Program-made: the position numbers and the translations under genes
Shown: positions 34,401 through 44,291 of the stretch, one piece after another
Layout: every line of letters starts with the position of its first letter
How positions within the stretch are numbered: position 1 is the first letter of the stretch
IMG/VR virus record: IMGVR_UViG_3300046170_000287
Coordinates: 643-64,642 of that record
Origin: a virus
Taxonomy: Duplodnaviria; Caudoviricetes
Direction: 5' to 3' (one strand)
Length of the DNA stretch: 64,000 bases
The notes under the pieces: generated by a model
Told to the model about the DNA's origin: nothing
The model's database searches: none
Seen by the model: the letters and a program-made list of their open reading frames with translations, nothing else

Positions 34401-37400
34401 ATCAAGCATTTCTATGTCGATTGGTCGACCTGGCATTTCAACTAAAACCTTACTATTAGATCTAGCTAATGTATCGTCAAAATCAAATACTCTAATTTTC
34501 TTTTCTTTCTTAGGTACTGGCTTACCGTTCTCTATATTTAAAGATCTTGAGTTTTCTAATGCTGCGTCAGCTGCTCTTAAGTTTTCAACAACAGCTTCAT
34601 TTGTAGCGGCTTTATCAAATCTAAAAGAACTAGATGCTAGCTCATTCATTTTAACTGCACTCTTAGCTTTTGGATCTACAACTTTCTGTAACTCTTGATA
34701 ATCTTTTTTAGCTCTTTCTCTTGTTATTTCTCCTGTTAAAACTTTTGTTATTAGTTCATTAACAACTTTAGAATTTTCTAATATCTCAAAAGGTGTTGTT
34801 ACTTTTTTAGATTTACCTACAAAAAACTCACCAATAGATTTTTGTGTTTTAGTAAACGCGTAGGCAAAAGGATCAATAGTGTTTTCAATAGTATACCTAA
34901 CAAGAGATGCTGTGCCTTGTGGTAAAAAATCTAACTTACCCTCTCTTACCGCATTAAGAACTTTATCATAGTATTCAGGAGGTAAATTTTTATCAAGAAA
35001 AACAGATAAACCTTTGTCATCATTATACCGTAAAGCACCTTGACCATATATAGCTTTTATGTCTTTAAATTCTTGTTTAACCGTTCCTCTTTTAGCTGCT
35101 TCTAAAAGCATTAGCCCTATTTTATTAACAGGAGCCATATGCTCTTCTTTTACTTTAACTGAAACTGCTTTACCCGTTAAACGGTTTATAGGATAGAAAA
35201 CAAGTGCTGCTCCAAATCTATTCAAATGACTCTGACCTTTTGCACTATCCCTTAAAAACTGTTCAAATATTCCGTACTTACCTTTGCCTTGTTTTGTTTT
35301 TAAAAACTCTTGTATTTTTAAGTAAAAATTTTCTACTTCGTCTAATCTAAATTTATTATTCCTAAGAATACTACCATCTCTTAAACCTTTATTGACTTTA
35401 CCAGCTAAAAACATTTCAGCAGCAGCGTATGTAAATCTAGTGGCTTTTCCTTCTCTTATACTTTTTCCATATAATTTTTCAAAAGTTGGAATATCTCTAA
35501 AGGTTAAATCTCTTCCACCCGTCATGCTTTGCTCTACATATCTTTGACCTTCAGGGTAGAATTCAAAAAATGATTTAAAATCTTTTACAGCCGCTTTATA
35601 CTCAGGAGATTTTGTATCTATAATAGTATAGCCTTTTAATAAACCTGTTTTTTTAGACTTTTCAAAAACTTTATCCCTTACAAAAGACGGTTGAGTGTAT
35701 TTTAATTCTTCACGCTCTTTACCTGTTGTAATCTTAGGCACTTTTTTATCTTCACTAAACTTAGCACCCAGTTTTGCTCTTTGACCCGCATTACCTTCTA
35801 AGTATTCTAAAGCATTGTTTTTAAAATAAGAAGCTAATACTACTTTTAAAGGTTGAGATCTTCTGTATAAAGGAACTGGTTTACCATTTTCAAGTGGATT
35901 AAACTCTAGAGGCTTACCGTCATAACCTTCTACTGTTATATTTTTACCTGAAATTATATCTCTAAGTGTTTTTAAAGATCCAGGTTTTAAATCACCTTTT
36001 TCAGTTAGTAGTGCTTTACCTACTTTTGTTTGCTTAAATCCAGGTGTATTAATTCTAGAGTGTATAGCTTGTAAGTTATCTAATATAAATTGCTTAGCTC
36101 TAGTCGCTGCAGCTTTTTCACCAGCAGGGAAATTCCTATTAGGTATCATTAAAGCTTTTATACCAGCCTCAGACTCAATGCCGAGCATTTTAGCGTAAAA
36201 CTCTGCTAATGATCTAGGTGTTTTTAAGTCTTTATATTTATTAATATCTATATCTTTAAAGCTGTCTAGTACTTGAATTTTTAAAGCTTCTTGTATTGCT
36301 TGCTCAGATGTCTGTCCTTCTTTTACTTCAATGCCTAGGTTTTCTACAAACTCAGGTTTCATTTTAATTTCAGAAGGCAATCGCTTGGTTGCAGTTACTT
36401 TTTCTTTTTCTTTAGTTGTTTCTTCAACAGCAACATCTTTCAAACCAACTAAATCATCTACAGAACTATCAAACTCTTTACCTAGATTTCTATCTGCTAT
36501 TTCTATGTATCTTTTAAATCCGGTTTTAGTAGAAAAACTATTATTTAAAAATAAAGACAAATCACCTACTTTATCTCCTTTTTCAACTTTAGCAGCATAG
36601 TCATTAATAACATCTAGCATACCTCTTTTACCTGTCATTATTTCATCAACAAGTAATTGTTCGTCATAACCTGGTCTGTTCTTAAATCTTCTTGCCAAAG
36701 ATATAGCTGTAGGTCTTAATAATTCTAGTATTTCAAAGCTAGCTCCTTTGCCTTTTTCTTCAAATAATTTATTAACAGTATTTGAATTATTTTTACTTAA
36801 ACTAAACGGAGCTGATGGAGCTGCTAGCTCTAAGTTTTCTGTAGTTGTTTCAACTTCAACTTTTTTAGGTGTTTCTTTTATTTCAACTCTGCCAAGATCT
36901 TGAGCTTTGAGCATGTCAAAAATACCTTTACCTGTTTCAGGGTTTACTTCTATATTAGGTAAGAAGCTTTTAAACGCAGGTACTAAACCAGCTAAGCCTT
37001 CACCAAAGCTTTTGCTAAATTCTATTTCACCTCTTTTAATAAGCTCAGCCAGTACAGTTATGTTTTCTTCATACCACTTTTCTTTAGATTGACCTACGTC
37101 ATATCTAGAGGCTAACTCTTCGTCTAACACTTGTTTTTGTCTTGGCGTAAGTTTACCTAATACACCATCGATCATCTCTATACCTTCAGGTGTTACATTG
37201 CCTTCGGCGTCTTTAAAAGAATCTTTTAATATTGAGTGAGGTATTTCATGAGTAACTGGCGTAAAGTTTCTTTGTTGTAAAGCAAACTCTCTGTTGATAA
37301 CTTTATTACCGTCTTTATCTGTAAAAGCTATTTTGCCTTTAACATCTTCTGCTTTAAATCCAGACTCATCATACCGTTGTTGAAACTCCTCTGGCGTTCT

Positions 37401-40400
37401 AGCTTCAACTACTGTGCCTTTAGAAGGATCTGCTTGCTTTATATCTTTTTCATAAGCGGTTATAGCAGCGCCTTGTAGTTCTGACTGTATGTTGTTGTAA
37501 AGTTCACCGCCTTTTATATACTTACTTAGCTCTTGCTCAGCGCTTTTTGTAGCCTGCTTGTTTTCAAGAAGTTCAGATTCTGATAAATTATTTTTATCTA
37601 ATTTTTTTAATCTATAAATTTCTTCGTTTAGCTCTTGTTTTTTTAGTAAAAACTCTCTAGCATTTTGTCTAGCTGTTGTTCCTTTTGGTGATACAAACTC
37701 TATAGGATTTAAAGGCTGCAAACCATATGGCGTTAACATAAAAGACTTACCATTTAGTTGAGCTTCTATTAAAGATTCATTTAATATTAAATTTTGTAAA
37801 TAAGAATCGTTAACAGAATTTTTTTGTATACCTAATCTTTTATAAAGCATACCTACGCCGTCTAGCCCATAATAAGATAATACTTCTCCGTCTCTATCGT
37901 TTAGCTTTTCTCCGTTTTTTATTTTTTGAGACACTAGATAAAACTCAGATTCTCTTGGGGCATTACCAGCGTTTTTCTCTGCTTGAATTAATTCATAGGC
38001 AGCATTGACAGCTATTTGAGTGTCAACTACTCTGTAATCTTCTTTTAGCTTTTTAAATTCAGCGTCAGCCTCTTGTTTAGTTATCTTACCTTCTCTTTTT
38101 CTTTTTAGTAAGTCGTTTACTTTATTATCAAAAGCACTGTTAAGTTCTGCTTTTGCGTTTTCTTCAGGTGCTCTTAAACCTTCTGGAGCTTGTGTAGTAG
38201 TATCTGTTTCTAGTTTAATTACTGAGGTTTCAACACCTAGTCTTTGCGCAGATTCTTTAGCTTCTAAATCTAATCTACCGCTAGTCTTAGCGCTTATAAC
38301 ATCGCTTTTAAATTCTTTGCCAATGCTTCGCATGTTGGGTATAGCCTTAGTAAAAGTCCCAGCTATAATCATTTTTATAGTTTCAACAGCTTGAGTATGC
38401 AGGGAAACAGTTAAATTACCTTGTTCGTCAAATAAACCGCCAGTAACGGCACCTCCAAACTGATATGTAGTTGCGCCACCAAATCCACTACCAACAGATC
38501 TTGAAACTCTTTTATAGGTATTAGGAGTATATTTTGTTAAAGCGTTTACAACTGGAGAGAACATTCTACCCATTTTAGATTTACCTAAAAACTTAACAAA
38601 AGGATCATACATAGAGTGACCTACTGCTAACGATGCTCCAAATCCTGCAGAAGAAGGTAATTCTTCTAAACTAAAATCTCCTGTTCTATACTGGCCAACT
38701 ATAGTACCTCCAGTAAAAGTTGTGGCTTGACCAAGAGCTGCGTTTGCTGTTTTAAAAGCAGGTAGCGCATATGGTATTTTTGAAAACTTTTTGCTCTGTG
38801 TAGCTAGTTTATTTGCCCATTTTTGTGTTTTACCTACAATATTACCACTACCTCTAGTAAACAAATACACATCACCCATCCAAGCTAATAGATCTGGTGC
38901 GGTAGCACCTATCTCTTGCCTCATGCTCTCTGGAGCCTTAAGGCCACCTCCTGGTATTTGTATGGCTAAAGAGTTATTTAAAGCTTCTTTGCTTGGAGTA
39001 AAACCATTAGTTTGCATCCAGTTTAAATAAGTATCTTTAACTTGTCTGTCTGTAGGAGCTGCATCACCACCTAGTAAATTAACTGTAGCAGTGTAAAATT
39101 CATCAGTAAAACCCCCTTGTTCTGTTGTTAAAGGATCTCTATCTAGCTGAAAAGCTCTGTTTACTATTTTATAATTTTCTACAGCGTCATTAAAAGCTTT
39201 TATAAGAGGGTGACCATCTTCGTCGTCTATAGCTCTTACGTCTAATTTTTCTAAGTAACCAGGAAGTCTACCATTTAAAGCTATTTCTTCTACTAAGCTA
39301 GATATATCTTCAGTCCATTCAAATCCTTTTTGACCTTTATAACCTCCATTTTTACTAAAAAAACTAGGATCATTGGCAGCGCCACTGTTTACTTTATCCC
39401 AGTTATATATCTCTTGCGCTAAACCAACAATTTTAAAATAATCATTATTTAGTTTTTGTTTTAAAACATCTTTTTCTGTTGTATCAGCTAATTTTTTAGC
39501 CTTTTGAAAAAGTTCTATTTCAGATTCTTGTACTTCATCAAGGTCTAGGTTTTTTATCTCATCTCCAAAAAATAATCTTTCTCCATAATTTTCTTTAGAA
39601 GCTTCTTTGTCTTGCTCTTCAGGGCTTAATTCTAAAAACTTTAATTCATTTTTAGTAAGAAACTGCTTACCGTCTTGTAAAACTTCATCAATACTTACGT
39701 CGTTGAATTTTAAATTAGCTTGAGATCCTAAGTAATCAGTTCTATAATTTTGTACACTAGAAATATTTACAGCCTTAGATCCATCGCTTCTTTCTTTTTC
39801 AGCTTCTCTAGAGCTTTTAATTGTAGGAAAATAACTACTTCCTATTGAGTTTCCATATTTATCTAAAGAAGATTGTATAGCGGGTTCATTGTTTGTCTCC
39901 CACACTTGATTTCCTAGTTGATTGTTTAAATCTACAGGATCATATTTTTGAATTACAACTTCATCTATTGTACCTATAGTTCCTTCAAAGTCTTTGTTTT
40001 GTGTATAAGTTATTATTTCAGCATTAGGAACTTTTGAAACATAATCTTTTACATTTTTAACATTTTCAAATCCGGGTTCTTTATTGTCAATTCTTTCTTG
40101 AATCTGATTAAAAGTGAATTCATCAAAACCTGTTTCACCTCTAGGTATTATAACTCTACTTTCAAAATTAACTTCTCCATTTTCTAGTAGATTAACACCT
40201 TCTCGCTGTGCTTGTTTTTTAGATTTAAAATCTTTTTTAGCTTTATCATGCTTTGCTTTTTGCTTTTCGTACTCTTCAAGCTGCATGTTATATATTACAT
40301 TTTGCCCAAACTCAAGAGTTCCAAAGCCACCTGTAGTGTCACTTAAGCCTTGTACAGGAGATATATTTAAACCATAATCATCTTGATATAGTGATTGTCC

Positions 40401-40622
40401 ATTTCCAGAATCTAAAGCTTCGGATCCTGTATTGCTTTGCGACTCCTCGATCGGATCCTTTATTTCCGGGGAGTCTTGTATCTTTACTTCTTCAACCTCT
40501 ATTGCTTCTGGAGCTTTATAGCTTGTAGATGCTTTCCACTCCTCTATTCTTCTCTTCATCTCTGTAGGATCAAGAGGAGGTTGAATAGCTTGTAGTTCTT
40601 GTACTTTTTCTACTAATGTCAT
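31464..40622 (-). CDS. Giant (3052 aa) polyvalent internal virion/ejection protein with HExxH and HAD-like domains
   Basis: THEIPH...EE zincin-like motif; RVFDFDDTL...VLTAR...K...FADD HAD motifs I-IV; follows the ejection-protein genes. Confidence 0.7.
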   Translation of the reverse strand: MTLVEKVQELQAIQPPLDPTEMKRRIEEWKASTSYKAPEAIEVEEVKIQDSPEIKDPIEESQSNTGSEALDSGNGQSLYQDDYGLNISPVQGLSDTTGGFGTLEFGQNVIYNMQLEEYEKQKAKHDKAKKDFKSKKQAQREGVNLLENGEVNFESRVIIPRGETGFDEFTFNQIQERIDNKEPGFENVKNVKDYVSKVPNAEIITYTQNKDFEGTIGTIDEVVIQKYDPVDLNNQLGNQVWETNNEPAIQSSLDKYGNSIGSSYFPTIKSSREAEKERSDGSKAVNISSVQNYRTDYLGSQANLKFNDVSIDEVLQDGKQFLTKNELKFLELSPEEQDKEASKENYGERLFFGDEIKNLDLDEVQESEIELFQKAKKLADTTEKDVLKQKLNNDYFKIVGLAQEIYNWDKVNSGAANDPSFFSKNGGYKGQKGFEWTEDISSLVEEIALNGRLPGYLEKLDVRAIDDEDGHPLIKAFNDAVENYKIVNRAFQLDRDPLTTEQGGFTDEFYTATVNLLGGDAAPTDRQVKDTYLNWMQTNGFTPSKEALNNSLAIQIPGGGLKAPESMRQEIGATAPDLLAWMGDVYLFTRGSGNIVGKTQKWANKLATQSKKFSKIPYALPAFKTANAALGQATTFTGGTIVGQYRTGDFSLEELPSSAGFGASLAVGHSMYDPFVKFLGKSKMGRMFSPVVNALTKYTPNTYKRVSRSVGSGFGGATTYQFGGAVTGGLFDEQGNLTVSLHTQAVETIKMIIAGTFTKAIPNMRSIGKEFKSDVISAKTSGRLDLEAKESAQRLGVETSVIKLETDTTTQAPEGLRAPEENAKAELNSAFDNKVNDLLKRKREGKITKQEADAEFKKLKEDYRVVDTQIAVNAAYELIQAEKNAGNAPRESEFYLVSQKIKNGEKLNDRDGEVLSYYGLDGVGMLYKRLGIQKNSVNDSYLQNLILNESLIEAQLNGKSFMLTPYGLQPLNPIEFVSPKGTTARQNAREFLLKKQELNEEIYRLKKLDKNNLSESELLENKQATKSAEQELSKYIKGGELYNNIQSELQGAAITAYEKDIKQADPSKGTVVEARTPEEFQQRYDESGFKAEDVKGKIAFTDKDGNKVINREFALQQRNFTPVTHEIPHSILKDSFKDAEGNVTPEGIEMIDGVLGKLTPRQKQVLDEELASRYDVGQSKEKWYEENITVLAELIKRGEIEFSKSFGEGLAGLVPAFKSFLPNIEVNPETGKGIFDMLKAQDLGRVEIKETPKKVEVETTTENLELAAPSAPFSLSKNNSNTVNKLFEEKGKGASFEILELLRPTAISLARRFKNRPGYDEQLLVDEIMTGKRGMLDVINDYAAKVEKGDKVGDLSLFLNNSFSTKTGFKRYIEIADRNLGKEFDSSVDDLVGLKDVAVEETTKEKEKVTATKRLPSEIKMKPEFVENLGIEVKEGQTSEQAIQEALKIQVLDSFKDIDINKYKDLKTPRSLAEFYAKMLGIESEAGIKALMIPNRNFPAGEKAAATRAKQFILDNLQAIHSRINTPGFKQTKVGKALLTEKGDLKPGSLKTLRDIISGKNITVEGYDGKPLEFNPLENGKPVPLYRRSQPLKVVLASYFKNNALEYLEGNAGQRAKLGAKFSEDKKVPKITTGKEREELKYTQPSFVRDKVFEKSKKTGLLKGYTIIDTKSPEYKAAVKDFKSFFEFYPEGQRYVEQSMTGGRDLTFRDIPTFEKLYGKSIREGKATRFTYAAAEMFLAGKVNKGLRDGSILRNNKFRLDEVENFYLKIQEFLKTKQGKGKYGIFEQFLRDSAKGQSHLNRFGAALVFYPINRLTGKAVSVKVKEEHMAPVNKIGLMLLEAAKRGTVKQEFKDIKAIYGQGALRYNDDKGLSVFLDKNLPPEYYDKVLNAVREGKLDFLPQGTASLVRYTIENTIDPFAYAFTKTQKSIGEFFVGKSKKVTTPFEILENSKVVNELITKVLTGEITRERAKKDYQELQKVVDPKAKSAVKMNELASSSFRFDKAATNEAVVENLRAADAALENSRSLNIENGKPVPKKEKKIRVFDFDDTLARSNSKVLVEMPGRPIDIEMLDIAARRIFKKEFENKPSSKQNFENLNEEQQARVLKDFPSGETFKINATEFAKRAAELESKGAKFDFSEFSKVVDGKKGPLFDVAKKIADARGTEDLFVLTARPQDAAGPIREFMKALGIDIPLKNITGLADGKASAKGRWIMDKVSEGYNDFYFADDALKNVQAVKEVLDQADVKGKVQQAKFSNAKTFNTITNEMIEASSGIEAFKTFSAAKAKTLGENKGRFDWLTMASSAEDFKGLLYKMIGKGKQGEAHFEFLKNNLIDPYNRAEDSAIQAKISAANDFMALKSMYKTIPTTLKKETGVGKFTYQHALRTYMWTKQGMSIPGLSKADIIKLNKFVTDSSELQTFADQLIVSQKGKGYPEPGKNWLAGNLTTDIIGGINKVNRAEYQKTFRENVDIIFSPENLNKMEAAYGTRWRKALEDTLRRMKSGSNRPIGGSEITNKVLDWTNNSVGAVMFLNTRSALLQTISSVNFLNWGDNNPIAAGKAFANQKQFWGDFMKLMNSDYLVQRRNGLKINVSESEIADAVKDSKNKVNAAISYLLSKGFVLTRYADSFAIASGGSTFYRNRIKKYAKEGMDQKLAEEKAFEDFKDVAEESQQSSDASKISMQQASGAGRVILNWANTPMQYVRIQKRAAQDLIAGRGDAKEHISKIAYYGAIQNLIFNSLQQALFAIGFGSDEDEKDPKLKARNEQKITRVANGMIDSQLKGLGIAGAAMVAAKNTVLKIISESDKKRPEYEKAAIEALSFSPAISSKYRKIVGGLKSFSWNMKEIKEKGFSLDNPAYLAGSQIFTAFTNVPLDRVVKKVNNIRGILSEQTAEWQKIALAAGYSTYDVGLPYYGGWDAKADPTPEEIQQREFDTMKKDTKTKDQIDMLLDLGLTKKEIKALGKENNRVKKIIELQKAKEDSKVIVDGEEVEVVKPKESNEAKLRRQFDSIKAENKPDQVKTLTKFGLTKKEIRDLRYEKNRVEKILELMDK

Positions 40623-40632
40623 TTAATTAAAT

Positions 40633-41727
40633 TTAAAGTTTGTTATCATCAATGAACTTTTGAGCTTTAGCTTTTCTAGCTTCTGCTAAATTAAATACAG
40701 CAGCATCTTCTTTCACAGTTGGAAACTTATTTGTTATAAATGGCTTTAAATAATTATTCATAAAGTATTCTTTATATTTAATTTCAAACAAAAGTTTATT
40801 TTCTTGTGAAAGCGGAAGATCATATTTATATGACCAAGATCTAGATCCAGCATTAGCGTTTTGAGCCATTTGATCATCTTCATCTACACTTGTTCCTTGA
40901 GCAATGTAAACATTCCAAGCAGCTACAACTTCTTGCTCCTGGTTTAACATACCCGCTACTTCAGCATTTATAAAAGGATCAGACTTTTTTTGTATTTTAT
41001 CCATATCAAACTTCAGCAGGTTTCTACCCATGTTTGAACCTATATCTAAAATTTCATAATCAAAAGTTCCATCAGGATTTTTCATTATAAATTCTTCAGA
41101 TATTTTAGCAGTAGGACTTAATTCACCTTCTATTATATCTTCATCTTTAAACAAACCTACTTTTGTAAGTAAAGAAAGCATTAAGCCATTTATGTCTGGT
41201 GTTTCAGCTATTAAATCTGTATTAGATTTTATTAAAGAATCTAGAGCTGTATTGTTTATTCTTAAAGGTTGATCAAACAAAGGGCCTTCAAAAATTATTT
41301 CCTGACTGTTGTTCGGAAGTAAATTAAGAGTAACCATATATCCGTCATTTTTAGAAAACCCAGCTTTACTGGTCATTATAGAGTTAGCAACTAAATATTC
41401 ATAGTTGTTATTAACATCATAATTAGCACTTTCTGTTACTGATAATTCTGCAAAAATGTTTTCTAAAAAATCTATAGTTTTAGCCGGAGCTTCTTCTATT
41501 TGTTTTAAAATTTTATTTTCATATAAACAAGTAGGATCTTGACAAGTTTTATTTTTAATAGCCATTTTCAACTGAGCATATACTTTAGCTGTACCTTCGT
41601 ACGCTCTTTCTATTATATTATAATTATAATCAGACGATGTAGAGGTAAAAATTCTGTCATAAGCCGCGGCGTTACTTTGATTGTACTGCTTTAGCGTAAG
41701 ATTTATTAATATATTTTTGTCTTCCAT
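40633..41727 (-). CDS. Putative internal virion protein
   Basis: Located between the pilot-like and giant genes. Confidence 0.5.
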   Translation of the reverse strand: MEDKNILINLTLKQYNQSNAAAYDRIFTSTSSDYNYNIIERAYEGTAKVYAQLKMAIKNKTCQDPTCLYENKILKQIEEAPAKTIDFLENIFAELSVTESANYDVNNNYEYLVANSIMTSKAGFSKNDGYMVTLNLLPNNSQEIIFEGPLFDQPLRINNTALDSLIKSNTDLIAETPDINGLMLSLLTKVGLFKDEDIIEGELSPTAKISEEFIMKNPDGTFDYEILDIGSNMGRNLLKFDMDKIQKKSDPFINAEVAGMLNQEQEVVAAWNVYIAQGTSVDEDDQMAQNANAGSRSWSYKYDLPLSQENKLLFEIKYKEYFMNNYLKPFITNKFPTVKEDAAVFNLAEARKAKAQKFIDDNKL

Positions 41728-41740
41728 TTTTTATTATTGA

Positions 41741-42460
41741 TTAACCCGGAGTTGCCAGAGACATTCCTATAGAGCCTAATGATCCTATCATACCTGTTAT
41801 AGCTGCTGATTGATCTCTTTTAGCTGCTGCTTGAGCTTGAGCAGCTGCACCCGCCATAGCTGCATGTCTATTTATTTTAGCATTTTGTCTATCTTCTAAA
41901 GCGTTAAATGTAAATTGCTTTCCAGCGGCCATAGCACTTTGAACTCTTTGGGCTTCTGACATTTCTAATCCTTGTATTCTTAACTTTTCTTGTAATTGAA
42001 ATTGTTCTTGTTGTAGTTCACCTTCGGCTCTTAGTTTTTCGTTGGCAACTTCTTGTTTTTCTATGTCAGCTGAAATACCTTGTTTAGATTTTAAAGCGGC
42101 TTGAGCTAAAGCCGTGGCGCCTCCAGAGCCTGCTCCTGTTGCTAGCATAGTGTCTAGCGTGTTAGCCAAAGCTTGATCTGATTCTTCCATTTGTATTTCC
42201 GTAGCTTGAGTAGCTACACTTAGATTATTAAATGGATTAGTTACTTGATTAGATAAATCCACGGCCATATCAGCTACACTTTTAACTCCTTCATATGGAT
42301 TTACTATAGGTTGTCTGTTAGCTTCAAGCTTGTTTACAATTTTCAAATGTTTAGCTCGCTCTCTAGCTGCTCTTCTAGCTGCTTTTTTAGCTGAACCAGA
42401 ACCTATTAAGCCTCCGATTAAACTAGCTCCTGCGCCGATACCTGCTACTGCTACACTCAT
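41741..42460 (-). CDS. DNA pilot/ejection protein-like
   Basis: Gly/Ala hydrophobic N-terminus (VAVAGIGAGASLIGGLIG), Gln/Ala coiled coil, hydrophobic C-terminus. Confidence 0.65.
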   Translation of the reverse strand: MSVAVAGIGAGASLIGGLIGSGSAKKAARRAARERAKHLKIVNKLEANRQPIVNPYEGVKSVADMAVDLSNQVTNPFNNLSVATQATEIQMEESDQALANTLDTMLATGAGSGGATALAQAALKSKQGISADIEKQEVANEKLRAEGELQQEQFQLQEKLRIQGLEMSEAQRVQSAMAAGKQFTFNALEDRQNAKINRHAAMAGAAAQAQAAAKRDQSAAITGMIGSLGSIGMSLATPG

Positions 42461-42461
42461 A

Positions 42462-42974
42462 TTACTTTTTTATTTTTAATTTTTTAATCATGCTTTCTAC
42501 GCTAATGTCAGGATCGTTAAAATCTTTAGCTATAACATCGTCTAATGTTTCTTCTACAGTTCTTTTATCTGTAGCATGCACTGTTATCCAAACTGTGTCT
42601 TCATGCATATATATTATTCTTTTTGTGCCTGGTAAAGTTATACCAGCGTAAGGAGCTTTTATTCTTTCAACCCCTGTTTCAGTTAATACTGATAAATCTC
42701 CTTTTAAAACAAAATAAGGATGTTTCTTCTTGTGTATGCCAGTAGATATTATTTGCCCTTTTGGCATAAATATTTCTCTTATATACAAGCCGTCGGCAAA
42801 AGTATGCTTAAGAGGATTAATTTTATTTAGCTCTTCACTTCTACCTGGTTTTTCAGGATCGCCATAAGAGCCATCTATTTCTAATATTTGTTTTTCAAAT
42901 AGCATTATAGTTTTTCTATAATGATCTATTTGTTGTATTTTTTCTAACTTTTTTTTAGCTAAAGCTTTTTCCAT
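42462..42974 (-). CDS. Cupin-fold protein
   Basis: HTFADGLYIREIFMPKG...IHKKKHPYFVLKG...PGTKR...DTVWITVH. Confidence 0.65.
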   Translation of the reverse strand: MEKALAKKKLEKIQQIDHYRKTIMLFEKQILEIDGSYGDPEKPGRSEELNKINPLKHTFADGLYIREIFMPKGQIISTGIHKKKHPYFVLKGDLSVLTETGVERIKAPYAGITLPGTKRIIYMHEDTVWITVHATDKRTVEETLDDVIAKDFNDPDISVESMIKKLKIKK

Positions 42975-42984
42975 TTAATTAAAT

Positions 42985-44256
42985 TTAATATGAAGATTCT
43001 ATAAAATCACTAGACACAGCAAACAATTCACTGTTATTTGAATAACCTCCGCTGTTAGCTGTTAAGAGTAAAGCGGTGGCTGTGAAACCTTTTATACCAG
43101 ATATAGATCCGCCAAATATTATTTCACCCTGAGTTGCTGGTGATGAGTTTATTAGATTAGCAAAATATTTATTTTCTTTTTTTGAAAACTGGTTTTGTAA
43201 ATATTGATTATCTAATTGTGCTAATGTTGTAGGCATTACAAAAGGAGTTATAGGTAAAGCAGAATCCGTGCCAGTTACCATATTAGACAACTGCCAATCT
43301 CCATTACCTTCATAGTTTATAGTTTTAAAGTTCTTAGATACAGATGGACTCGTATTAAATATAGTGGTTATGGTAGAGGCGGACTGCGTATCATAAAAAT
43401 AACCTCTATTTACTTGAGTTGAATAATGCTGATATATTCCTCCTCCACTTGTAGTATAAAAATTATTTCTAATACTAAAAATATTATTAGGAACGTAGCT
43501 ATATCTACTAGTCCAACCATTTATTGCTTCATCAAAGCTCAATGTATTTACTTGACCTGAAGTAGGTACCATACTTAAAGTATAACACTTGTTATGTATA
43601 TCCCAACCTCCTAAAATATTACCGCTACCAACTATGGCTAGATTATCTCTAAAATAATCCACCATACCGTAGTTAGATATTTCAGTTATACCATCTATTG
43701 AAAGCCTTAGAATAGAACCTTTATCTGCATCTGCAAAGTACTTTTGATATCCATAAACTGCAAAACTTTCTGGGTTTCTACTTATTCCAAATTCTCCTGC
43801 GTAAGGTTGTATTCCACCTATTACAACATTAGAAGCTGTTTGAATAGGTTGTCCTTCTTGTGTGTAAATAGCGTCTTTATCTATTAAAGCTCTATTAACT
43901 TTTCTTTCTTGAAAAATTACTAAATTAGTATCTTCTGCATAAAGTCTTTGAACACTACCTTTTCCTGGATCTACTTTTTTAGTTATTTGATCACCAACTG
44001 AAAATACATTAGATTGATTAATTCCTGTTCTAGAATTAAAAATACCCGAATATATCAAGCCGTTAGAAAGAGTTTCTCTGTTGTTTTCTTCAGAATAAGC
44101 AAAAGCTCGTGGTGCTAAACCTGTTTGAACATTATTATAGCCACCTCGTATTCTAGACTCTTCAATATACCAGTTATTGAAGGGGGCTAAATTTCTTAAA
44201 GATATATTTTTAAGAACATAAGTATTATAGTACTTTACAGGTATTATAGTAGGCAT
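42985..44256 (-). CDS. Tail stabilisation/nozzle protein, C-terminal-type partner
   Basis: EESRIRGGYN, GISRNPESFA, GWTSRYSY, KNFKTINYEG, KKENKYFA; beta-propeller-like. Confidence 0.6.
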   Translation of the reverse strand: MPTIIPVKYYNTYVLKNISLRNLAPFNNWYIEESRIRGGYNNVQTGLAPRAFAYSEENNRETLSNGLIYSGIFNSRTGINQSNVFSVGDQITKKVDPGKGSVQRLYAEDTNLVIFQERKVNRALIDKDAIYTQEGQPIQTASNVVIGGIQPYAGEFGISRNPESFAVYGYQKYFADADKGSILRLSIDGITEISNYGMVDYFRDNLAIVGSGNILGGWDIHNKCYTLSMVPTSGQVNTLSFDEAINGWTSRYSYVPNNIFSIRNNFYTTSGGGIYQHYSTQVNRGYFYDTQSASTITTIFNTSPSVSKNFKTINYEGNGDWQLSNMVTGTDSALPITPFVMPTTLAQLDNQYLQNQFSKKENKYFANLINSSPATQGEIIFGGSISGIKGFTATALLLTANSGGYSNNSELFAVSSDFIESSY

Positions 44257-44258
44257 AT

Positions 44259-44291
44259 GTTTATTATCACTTGTTTATTTATAATTTTAAT
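44259..44291 (-). promoter_or_regulatory. Late-type promoter motif (AAGTGATAATAAAC)
   Basis: Intergenic copy of the repeated motif. Confidence 0.5.

Noticed and set aside
32056-40377. Numerous plus-strand ORFs antisense to the giant gene (and similar ones opposite groEL, the fibres and the capsid gene)
   Set aside because: Ser/Leu/Phe-rich shadow frames typical of the reverse complement of Lys/Glu-rich genes; no promoter motif or plausible leader
31464-40622. crAss/N4-type virion RNA polymerase
   Set aside because: No DxDxD/DFDID or T7-type polymerase motifs seen; DFDDT is HAD motif I. A profile search is needed to exclude it fully
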